Part shown: in pieces, positions 1 through 9,284 of the stretch
Numbering within the stretch: position 1 is the stretch's first letter
How the letters are laid out: every line of letters starts with the position of its first letter
Assembly: GCF_018336915.1 (NCBI RefSeq)
Contig: NZ_CP064923.1
Coordinates: 4,170,001-4,202,000, forward strand
DNA length: 32,000 nucleotides
Direction: 5' to 3'
DNA from: Acaryochloris marina S15
Lineage (GTDB): Bacteria; Cyanobacteriota; Cyanobacteriia; Thermosynechococcales; Thermosynechococcaceae
Translations under genes and position numbers: made by a program
Notes under the pieces: generated by a model
The model's database searches: none
Told to the model about the DNA's origin: nothing
The model's input: the letters and a program-made list of their open reading frames with translations, nothing else

Positions 1-1
1 T

Positions 2-175
2 CTGGCCCAACCCCTTTTACCCTGGGCAATGGCCTTTGCTGCAGGAGCCATGTTGTTTGTGATTAGCGATGAGATTATCCCTGAAACCAGCCGCAAAGGC
101 ATTCAACAGGAAGGGACTCTCGGCATCATGCTAGGTTTTGTAGTCATGATGTATTTAGATGTTGCCCTAGGGTAA
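2..175 (+). CDS. ZIP-family (ZupT-like) metal permease, C-terminal fragment; the 5' end lies outside the window
   Basis: The reading frame is open from the window edge to TAA at 173-175. Its translation is LAQPLLPWAMAFAAGAMLFVISDEIIPETSRKGIQQEGTLGIMLGFVVMMYLDVALG. This resembles the conserved last TM helices of ZIP/ZupT permeases (AGxMLFV..DEIIPE). Confidence 0.6.
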   Translation: MAQPLLPWAMAFAAGAMLFVISDEIIPETSRKGIQQEGTLGIMLGFVVMMYLDVALG

Positions 176-289
176 AAGGCGAAGAAACAGCCTTAAAACA
201 ACATCATCTTGAACCAGTCGAGGGCTTCGGCTCCGCTCAGCCCCGTTACACAAAACAACTCTAGGAATTTAAGCAAAAGTCAGCGGACC

Positions 290-1762
290 TTATGCAACCA
301 GCGGAAATGCAGCCGCCAAGGACCAGCCAAAAAACAATGCACTGCCAATTCCATAACTCCAAGCATCCTTCACGTAAGCAGCCACAAAAGAGAGGATGCC
401 AAAAAAGATGGGGAAGACAGGTAACAGCAAAAAAACAAATCCCAATTGGGGAACCAGGCTAATCGTCCACACTAATCCTGCAATCAACACAATGGTCTGG
501 CCTAGCCACCATAAAATACGCTTGCCTATCCCAATCTCTTGTTGGGCAATACCTGAGGCCAAGAACCAAGGTAAACAGGCCAGAGACAATATCGGCCATA
601 GCTGCAAGCGGGCAGGGATTAACCACCATTGCACCCAGACGACTTGAGCCATTGCTCCAAAGGCCAACCATAAGAGGATAAACACCAGCAATCCTATCCC
701 TACGGTTTTAGATGGGAAAAATTGACCTTGCCAGCGTGTTCTAGCAGGCCATAGACCTTGCACCCCTAGCCAAAACAGACCACCCAACAAAAACCAGATG
801 CCTAAAGCTCCCCCTACTTTTAGTCCACCCAAATTTTCCAACTCTACTCCCTGGCTGATAAGGCGTACGCCAGCAGTAGCGGCTAGGGGCATAGCTAGTA
901 ATCCTCCCCAGTTTTGCCAAGGCTTGAGGGATGTGATTGGAGTTGCTGGAGCCGCAACACTAGGGACAATGGCGGCAAGGGCCATCAAACCGCCGATTAG
1001 GTGTAAGCCGTACCAGCCTATCCGTCGGTCCATATAGCTGCTGGTCTTCAATTGGCTAAAGGTTTGGTTTAACCACTGCAGAGCACTTTGGTGGCTAATA
1101 TCACTAAACAAGATGGTGATGTGTTCAACCTTAGGCACAACAATCAGCTTTCTTCCCTTACCCTCAACTAGGTTTTGATTGTTTCCTCCGGCAGTTTGCA
1201 GCAGTTTGCGAGCACTCTCGACAAATTGACCTTCTCCACTCCCCACTTGGAGCTGTAAGTTGGCGGGTTTCTCAGCAGTCACCCCTGCACGGGTGGGTGA
1301 GACGGCAATGGTAGCGTCGAAGCGATCTCGTTGTTCGATACTGGCCGTCATCACCGCACTACTCCCCATGGAATGTCCCAGAATTGCCAGTCGTTCTGGA
1401 TCCACTTCTGGCTGTTCGAGTAGGGCCTGATAGGCAACCTCTAAATCCGGCTGTAGGGTCTCCATATTCAACGGGGCAGGATTAGCACCATGTCCACTAA
1501 AATCCCACAAAAGACTGCTATAGCCTGCTTGGGCAAAGGTGTAACCATACCCCAGCATCAGTTGCTTAGACCCGGCAAAGCCATGGGCAATTAAAACGCC
1601 AGGTACCGGATCACTATTTTTAGGCGCGATGAAAATCATGGGGATATCATTCGCCGTCAAGGAACGAACCACCAGTCCTGAGCGGGCTTTAAAAACTCCG
1701 AACCAAGAGATTGCAATGAGTATAATTGCTGCAACCAACATCAAAAAACGCTGACGATTCAT
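290..1762 (-). CDS. Alpha/beta-hydrolase domain fused to a C-terminal polytopic membrane domain
   Basis: 490-aa ORF with an N-terminal signal anchor (FLMLVAAIILIAISWFGVF). It carries an oxyanion-type HGFAGS motif and a nucleophile elbow GHSMGS (G-x-S-x-G). The last ~250 aa are hydrophobic and Trp/Leu/Gly-rich, with several predicted TM helices. Confidence 0.7.
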   Translation of the reverse strand: MNRQRFLMLVAAIILIAISWFGVFKARSGLVVRSLTANDIPMIFIAPKNSDPVPGVLIAHGFAGSKQLMLGYGYTFAQAGYSSLLWDFSGHGANPAPLNMETLQPDLEVAYQALLEQPEVDPERLAILGHSMGSSAVMTASIEQRDRFDATIAVSPTRAGVTAEKPANLQLQVGSGEGQFVESARKLLQTAGGNNQNLVEGKGRKLIVVPKVEHITILFSDISHQSALQWLNQTFSQLKTSSYMDRRIGWYGLHLIGGLMALAAIVPSVAAPATPITSLKPWQNWGGLLAMPLAATAGVRLISQGVELENLGGLKVGGALGIWFLLGGLFWLGVQGLWPARTRWQGQFFPSKTVGIGLLVFILLWLAFGAMAQVVWVQWWLIPARLQLWPILSLACLPWFLASGIAQQEIGIGKRILWWLGQTIVLIAGLVWTISLVPQLGFVFLLLPVFPIFFGILSFVAAYVKDAWSYGIGSALFFGWSLAAAFPLVA

Positions 1763-1959
1763 AAAAAAATCAAGAAAGAACTGATAAACATAGACATTTA
1801 TTCCGTCTATACCACTGTGTACGAGTTTTTTCTCCTATAATGTGCTGAGTCTCTGATCCTATGGAATGACTCAGTGTCGAACCCCATAGCCAATATTGAA
1901 GAAGATTCGTACTTCTTGAGAAGGGATAAATACAACATCGGGTAACTAAAGAGGAAATA

Positions 1960-2151
1960 ATGGCAAAAGGTAAAGTGAAGTGGTTCGACGCCCAAAAAGG
2001 ATATGGTTTTATCGAACAAGAAAGTGGTGGGGATCTATTTGTACACCACTCAGCACTAAGTGAAGAATCTCTAGCAGAGGGCCAAACGGTTGAATTTGAA
2101 GTAGGCGAAGGCCGGAAAGGTCCTTGCGCTGTGAACGTCAAGTCAGTATAG
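1960..2151 (+). CDS. Cold-shock domain protein (CspA family)
   Basis: 63-aa [36 protein letters not shown]... It contains the RNP1-like KGYGFI and RNP2-like VFVHH-type motifs of CspA-family proteins. AGAGGAAATA precedes the ATG. Confidence 0.9.
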   Translation: MAKGKVKWFDAQKGYGFIEQESGGDLFVHHSALSEESLAEGQTVEFEVGEGRKGPCAVNVKSV

Positions 2152-2306
2152 ACTTTAAGCCAATAGCAAGGAGAAGGCTGCCTAGTCTTCTCCCTTTGCA
2201 GATATACGTTTAATCTGTCAGATCGCCTTTTATCTACGATGGCTAGATAAAAACTTACGCATCTGGCTCTTTTCTTGTTTATCTCAGCTCAGTCAAGTAT
2301 TCGTCG

Positions 2307-2352
2307 CCATAGCAAAAGCCCTCTGCAATTCTGCAGAGGGCTTTTGCTATGG
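2307..2352. terminator. Perfect 21-bp stem / 4-nt loop hairpin between convergent csp and chlN (candidate bidirectional terminator)
   Basis: ccatagcaaaagccctctgca (2307-2327) is the exact reverse complement of tgcagagggcttttgctatgg (2332-2352). The loop is attc. There is no clean U-tract on either strand, so function is inferred from position only. Confidence 0.5.
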
Positions 2353-2369
2353 CAGTAAAGGGAAGGATT

Positions 2370-3800
<1,431 letters not shown>

Positions 3801-3877
3801 TCAGTTCGGCAGCTATTTAGGGGAGAAACAAGATCACTGCAAGCCATCACAGCCCACAGTGATTAGTTAGATGGAGA

Positions 3878-4744
3878 TTAAACCATCATCAGATCCAGCT
3901 CTTCTTCCTCAGTCTTCTTATTAGGTTCAGCAGGATTGAGATAGAAGTCAGATAGCAGCGCAAAGAGTTCGCGATCGGGGGCATCTTCAGGAACAACGCC
4001 TTCAGGCCCAGCCAAGATTTGGTCGGCAATATTGAGATAGTAATCACAAACAGGTGCGAGAGATGGATCGCTTTCTGCCATCTCAAACATTGTTTTACCT
4101 TTAACACGAGATACACGAATGTCCTCAATCAAAGGCAAGATTTCTAGCACAGGCATGGGGACATGATCGATATATTTGTCGATTAGGTCACGCTTAGAGG
4201 TGCGGTTGCCGATCAGTCCTGCAAGACGAAGGGGATGAGTGCGAGCCTTCTCACGAACAGAAGCTGCAATCCGGTTAGCTGCAAATAAAGCATCAAAACC
4301 ATTGTCAGTGACGATCATGCAGTAGTCCGCATAGTTAAGGGGAGCAGCAAATCCGCCGCAAACCACGTCACCTAAGACGTCAAACAGAATGACATCATAT
4401 TCATCAAAAGCATTGAGTTCTTTTAGGAGTTTGACGGTCTCTCCAACGACATAGCCGCCGCAGCCCGCGCCCGCTGGAGGACCCCCTGCTTCTACACAGT
4501 CGACACCACCATAGCCTTTGTAAATAACATCCTCAGGCCAGACATCTTCGTAGTGGTAATCCTTCTCTTGCAGTGTGTCAATGATTGTCGGAATCAAGAA
4601 ACCAGTCAAAGTGAAGGTGCTGTCATGCTTAGGGTCACAGCCAATTTGTAGAACCTTCTTGCCTCGCTTGGCTAAGGCAACCGAAATGTTGCAACTGGTT
4701 GTAGATTTACCGATTCCGCCTTTTCCGTAAACTGCAAGTTTCAC
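3878..4744 (-). CDS. chlL: Light-independent protochlorophyllide reductase iron-sulfur ATP-binding protein
   Basis: 288-aa ORF with a GTG start preceded by [53 protein letters not shown]... shows the NifH-like P-loop and the Cys ligands (CGG..VCGGF) characteristic of ChlL. Confidence 0.97.
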   Translation of the reverse strand: MKLAVYGKGGIGKSTTSCNISVALAKRGKKVLQIGCDPKHDSTFTLTGFLIPTIIDTLQEKDYHYEDVWPEDVIYKGYGGVDCVEAGGPPAGAGCGGYVVGETVKLLKELNAFDEYDVILFDVLGDVVCGGFAAPLNYADYCMIVTDNGFDALFAANRIAASVREKARTHPLRLAGLIGNRTSKRDLIDKYIDHVPMPVLEILPLIEDIRVSRVKGKTMFEMAESDPSLAPVCDYYLNIADQILAGPEGVVPEDAPDRELFALLSDFYLNPAEPNKKTEEEELDLMMV

Positions 4745-5868
4745 AGTGGGTATTCTCCTATGGTTGTGATTGAAGCAGCGAGCACCGAATGTTTTCTATC
4801 CAGTCAGTAGCAAACGCCAAATTTATTAACTGAAGCTCTGTATGAATTATTGAGCATATCCAGACAATTGGGAAGGTGCTAAAGTCTCAAAAAATCAATT
4901 AAAAGATTATTTTTAGATTTTATTGAGATTTATAGAAGCATAAAAGACCTTATGAAGGGCATCAGAAGTTATTTAGCTAATAAATTTATATATGCTTATA
5001 TTTTTTATAAAAATAAGAACAACAGACAAATAATACTCAAACCGCCATCTTGTTTACAGAACCGAACCAAATTTCAACCCTATGGCACCTCCGATGGCCC
5101 AATATATATGGGCTAAGGTCCACGACTCTTAGTGAGCGCTAAATGCTCAGCTCAATGCAATAGACATAGACCAATCAAGCTAAGGGTTTAGATTTAGCAT
5201 TCCAATCCGGGATATCCAGATAACCATTTCATCTTGACTATTCAAGCTGGAGCAGGAACTGAGGTTTGTCTTAGGTATTGATACCTGGGCCATGTAAACA
5301 CCATCCTGATCGGTGTTAAAGCTGAGTCATATTAATCACTACCAGATTTGGAAGGCCTGAGAAAAAATACTCAATATTGAGCCTTCAGAGTATTACTCAG
5401 ACATTGCAGGACTTAGGGCGGCAAGCAATTTATTGCCAATCCATCAACAGCCAGGAGTTCAATTCATCCTGATCTAGAGAAAACTAGGATTGTTACGATT
5501 AATAAATTTTCCCCTTTTGGCTAACATTTGAGAAGTTGTCTGCCACGACTTCGGCCGTTAGCAGCATTCAATGAAAATTGTCTAGGAATATCATTGAGCC
5601 AAAAGCGAGTCGAACAGCTGGGCTTGGGAACAACCAAAGACTCATTTTCTTTGGAAAATAGTTAAATTCGCACCTGTCTCTATAGGGATGGGAGTAAGCT
5701 AATTCCTAATGATTTACTCGATAGATTGACTGAACTAGCATCTCAACTCGGATCCCGATAGGATGAGTCTAGGACGAATGAGTCGTCGTCTTCAGGTCAA
5801 CTCAGGTCATTGAGCTTTGATAAAAACTCCCCCAATCCCATGTTCATCAACACCCTAGGAGAGCTGTT

Positions 5869-6396
5869 TTGACTCCTCACTGGTTGCTTAAGTTCAACGT
5901 CTGGAAGCGACGCCAACCCAGCTGGTCCTTGGTAAAAAGCTACGAAGCCATTAGCTCGGCATCCGTGGACTCGATTTGGCGAAAAGTGGTTGATTTAGCA
6001 GATGTATCTTGGCATCCTCTAATTACCAGCACCAATGTTCCTTATGGTTTAGTGCCAAAGCCCGGTTTGATCTATCAGGCGGTGAGTCGCATGGTGCCCT
6101 TACCGTTTCGAATTTTTGTTGAGCGGGTCAATCCAGGGGAACTCGTTAGTTTCCGCATTATTGCGTTACCAGGGGTTGAGGAACGAGTGGTGTATCGGGT
6201 AGAGTCCAGCATTTGTGGCACCTGTGTCTCTTATTCAGTGATGATGCGAGGCTGGTTATCCCCCTTAGTATGGTCAATGATGCAGAGACATGCAGAGAAA
6301 GTGGCCCAAAGGTTAGCAGAAGCAGCAGAGAATGAGACGTTGCAGTCTGTTTCTGGCTATCTACCCGCTCGGAAGAATACTTGCTTTGACTTTTAG
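5869..6396 (+). CDS. SRPBCC (polyketide cyclase/START-like) superfamily protein; start codon uncertain
   Basis: 175-aa ORF that begins at TTG in the track. The segment ...ISSASVDSIWRKVVDLADVSWHPLI...VERVNPGELVSFRI... resembles SRPBCC-fold proteins. No ATG lies near the 5' end, so the true start is unclear. Confidence 0.5.
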   Translation: MTPHWLLKFNVWKRRQPSWSLVKSYEAISSASVDSIWRKVVDLADVSWHPLITSTNVPYGLVPKPGLIYQAVSRMVPLPFRIFVERVNPGELVSFRIIALPGVEERVVYRVESSICGTCVSYSVMMRGWLSPLVWSMMQRHAEKVAQRLAEAAENETLQSVSGYLPARKNTCFDF

Positions 6397-6577
6397 GGTC
6401 CTAGCCATTTCTAAGCTTAAATTTCTGACATAGCTCAGATTCAATCTGATGGTGAAGGAGGAAGCAACGCTGTTGCTAGCGGCTGGCCACTGACGGTGCA
6501 GTCATCTCTTGAGGATGAAGGTATTCCTCCAAAGTTGATACAGTAAGAACCGATAAGACACTCTGATAAAGAACACT

Positions 6578-7651
6578 ATGCCCGACACGATAGCCCCTTC
6601 AGCCGCAAAAATTTTGGAGGTCTTGCAACCTGTTCAAGATCCTGAACTCCAAAAGAGCCTGGTGGATCTGAATATGATCCGCAATGTGAAAGTTGAGAAT
6701 GGCATCGCAACCTTTACCTTGGTCCTGACCACTCCTGCTTGCCCACTGCGCGAGATGATTGTTGACGACTGTAAGAAAGCCGTGCAGACATTACCGGGCA
6801 TTGAGTCTGTAGAAGTTGAAGTCACGGCAGAAACGCCCCAGCAAAAGAGTGTTCCTGATCGCACAGGGGTGCCTGGGGTCAAAAATATTATTGCGGTTTC
6901 TAGCGGTAAAGGTGGGGTGGGCAAAAGCACCGTTGCCGTGAATATTGCCGCGGCCTTGGCCCAGTCAGGCGCGAGTGTTGGCATGATTGATGCCGATATT
7001 TATGGTCCCAATGTGCCTACTATGTTGGGCTTAGAAGATGCTGTGGTTGAGGTCCGCAAAGAGGCTCATGGTGATGTGATGGAGCCTGCGATCGCACAGG
7101 GTATCAAGCTCGTTTCCATGGGTTTTTTGATCGACAAAGACCAGCCCGTCATTTGGCGGGGTCCCATGTTGAACGGCATTATTCGCCAATTTCTCTATCA
7201 GGTGGATTGGGGAAACTTAGACTATCTGATTATCGATTTACCCCCCGGCACAGGGGATGCTCAACTCACCCTAGCCCAAGCAGTGCCAATGGCAGGGGTG
7301 GTGATTGTCAGTACCCCCCAAAATGTTGCCCTTCTCGATGCCCGCAAGGGACTAAAAATGTTTCAACAGTTGGGTGTGCCCATATTGGGAGTCGTAGAAA
7401 ATATGAGTTACTTTATCCCTCCCGATCGGCCTGAAACCCAATACGATATTTTTGGCTCTGGGGGCGGTGAAAAGATAGCGCAGGAATTAGGTGTTCCTTT
7501 AATTGGCTGTGTTCCCCTAGAGATTCCGGTGCGCGAAGGTGGAGATCAAGGAAAGCCGATTGTCCTCAGTGGCTCATCTGCCTCTGCCCTAGCTTTCAAG
7601 AAGATTGCAACGGATGTTGCGGCGAAGGTTTCGGTTGCGGCTTTGACTTAA
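6578..7651 (+). CDS. mrp: Mrp/NBP35/ApbC-family Fe-S cluster carrier ATPase with N-terminal DUF59-like domain
   Basis: 357-aa ORF. The N-terminus ILEVLQPVQDPELQKSLVDLNMIRNV...TTPACPL is DUF59/MIP18-like. It is followed by the deviant Walker A SGKGGVGKST and by IIDLPPGTGD, both typical of Mrp/ApbC. Confidence 0.9.
   Translation: MPDTIAPSAAKILEVLQPVQDPELQKSLVDLNMIRNVKVENGIATFTLVLTTPACPLREMIVDDCKKAVQTLPGIESVEVEVTAETPQQKSVPDRTGVPGVKNIIAVSSGKGGVGKSTVAVNIAAALAQSGASVGMIDADIYGPNVPTMLGLEDAVVEVRKEAHGDVMEPAIAQGIKLVSMGFLIDKDQPVIWRGPMLNGIIRQFLYQVDWGNLDYLIIDLPPGTGDAQLTLAQAVPMAGVVIVSTPQNVALLDARKGLKMFQQLGVPILGVVENMSYFIPPDRPETQYDIFGSGGGEKIAQELGVPLIGCVPLEIPVREGGDQGKPIVLSGSSASALAFKKIATDVAAKVSVAALT
7088..7095. 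repeat. HIP1 palindrome GCGATCGC
   Basis: Exact 8-mer read in the sequence. Confidence 0.95.
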
Positions 7652-7699
7652 GTTGTTAGACCACTCTTTTTTATCCAGCCTTTAAGCTTCGATTCTTCC

Positions 7700-8977
7700 A
7701 TGCTGATCAATAAAACTCTGCGCAAATGGTTTCCATGGCGAACCTGGATTCAGCCTTGGGATAATATCGACCGTTGGTTACTGCTGTTAGCGATTGGGTT
7801 AACGGTTTTTGGCGGCATTTTGATTCGGAGTACCCAAGCAACCCAAGGTTGGACAGACTGGCTCCAGCATTGGACGATTGGGGCCATTGGGGTGGCTATT
7901 GCCATGACGATTGCCACTTGGCCCTATCAAATTCTATTGAGTTTACACTGGCTCATTTATGCGGTGACAAATTTATCGTTGGTCGCCGTTATCGCTATAG
8001 GAACCAGCGAATTGGGGGCTCAAAGATGGATCTCCGTGGCCGGTTTTAATGTTCAACCGTCTGAATTTGCCAAAATCGGAGTCATTATCTCTTTAGCTGC
8101 CCTACTCCACCATCGTCCCGCCACTAAGCTATCTTCAGTCCTCCAGATTCTGGCTATTACTTTTATTCCTTGGGCGTTAGTACTGGTTCAGCCCGACCTA
8201 GGAACATCTTTGGTGTTTGCAGCCATTACCCTAGGCATGATGTATTGGGCCAATGCCAATTTGGGTTGGATTGTTCTCCTATTTTCACCGCTAATCTCTG
8301 GAATTTTATTCAATATTCCCCCAACCTCCCATTGGCTATGGATAATTTGGGCTATTTGGTTGGTTTCGATTGCGTTTATCGGTTGGCTCAGTATTCCCTT
8401 CCGGATGATCGGGGGAATGGGCGCCTTGTTGATTAATTTAGGCTCTGGCGTGTTGGGCCGAGTCGCGTGGGGGTTTCTTCAGGAATATCAAAAAGCTCGG
8501 ATCATTCTGTTTCTAGATCCTGAACAAGATCCCTTGGGGGGAGGCTATCACCTAATTCAGTCTCGGATTGCCATTGGCTCAGGACAGCTTTGGGGGCGAG
8601 GGCTAGATCAAGGAACGCAGACGGGGTTAAGTTTTATCCCCGAGCAACATACCGACTTCATTTTTTCGGCGGTGGGGGAGCAATTTGGCTTTGTCGGCAG
8701 TTTAGCTCTGATAGCCGCCATTTGGCTGTTATGTATCCGCCTGATTTTTGTGGCTTTGAATGCTGAAGACGATTTTGGTTCTTTAATCGCCATCGGTGTG
8801 CTGTCGATGGTTATTTTTCAAGTCTTTGTGAACATTAGTATGACCATCGGTCTGGCCCCTGTGACGGGGATTCCTTTGCCTTGGCTGAGTTATGGTCGTT
8901 CAGCCCTACTGACAAACTTTATTGCCATAGGTTTAGTAGAATCGGTGGCCAATCACCGGAAAAAACGCAGGTTTTAA
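7700..8977 (+). CDS. rodA: FtsW/RodA/SpoVE (SEDS) family protein, probably RodA
   Basis: 425-aa polytopic membrane ORF with SEDS-family blocks (QPSEFAKI, LVQPDLGT, PEQHTDFIFS, GLAPVTGIPLPWLSYGRSA). Assigning RodA rather than FtsW is a guess. Confidence 0.85.
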   Translation: MLINKTLRKWFPWRTWIQPWDNIDRWLLLLAIGLTVFGGILIRSTQATQGWTDWLQHWTIGAIGVAIAMTIATWPYQILLSLHWLIYAVTNLSLVAVIAIGTSELGAQRWISVAGFNVQPSEFAKIGVIISLAALLHHRPATKLSSVLQILAITFIPWALVLVQPDLGTSLVFAAITLGMMYWANANLGWIVLLFSPLISGILFNIPPTSHWLWIIWAIWLVSIAFIGWLSIPFRMIGGMGALLINLGSGVLGRVAWGFLQEYQKARIILFLDPEQDPLGGGYHLIQSRIAIGSGQLWGRGLDQGTQTGLSFIPEQHTDFIFSAVGEQFGFVGSLALIAAIWLLCIRLIFVALNAEDDFGSLIAIGVLSMVIFQVFVNISMTIGLAPVTGIPLPWLSYGRSALLTNFIAIGLVESVANHRKKRRF

Positions 8978-9056
8978 CGGGCTCTTCTGCGACTTGAAGG
9001 GGAATTAGTCCATTATGATAAAAAAGCTAGTGTGATGCAGTTAAGGTCTAAAACGA

Positions 9057-9254
9057 ATGAGCGCCATGATTTTGCCCGGTTCAGCAGTTCGCGTTGTGAA
9101 TACGGGTGATACCTATTTTGGATTTGAAGGCCAGGTCCAACGGGTTGCAGATGGTCAGGCAGCCGTTATTTTTGATGGGGGAAACTGGACCAAGATTGTC
9201 ACGTTTCGCCTACCCGAGTTAGAGATCGTCAAACGAGGCAAGGGTAAAAAGTAA
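9057..9254 (+). CDS. ndhS: NDH-1 complex subunit S (NdhS/CRR31-like)
   Basis: 65-aa ORF ...[53 protein letters not shown]. This matches the SH3-like NdhS pattern of cyanobacteria (ILPG..V.V.N..D.Y..F.G.VQR..DG..AV.F.GGNW.K..TF). The real start may be the ATG at 9066. Confidence 0.8.
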   Translation: MSAMILPGSAVRVVNTGDTYFGFEGQVQRVADGQAAVIFDGGNWTKIVTFRLPELEIVKRGKGKK

Positions 9255-9284
9255 GGCTTCTAAAGTTGATCGCAGCGGAATCGC

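Noticed and set aside
209-1037. Track ORFs 209-424(+), 396-647(+), 459-671(-) and 798-1037(+) overlap the hydrolase/membrane gene.
   Set aside because: All lie within or antisense to the much longer 290-1762 ORF, which has clear motifs. Their translations are low-complexity (Pro/Arg/Lys/Ser-rich) with no start context. They are most likely spurious.
1770-2141. The 123-aa and 70-aa minus-strand ORFs overlap the cold-shock gene and its leader.
   Set aside because: They are antisense to an unmistakable CspA-family ORF, and their translations have no recognisable features.
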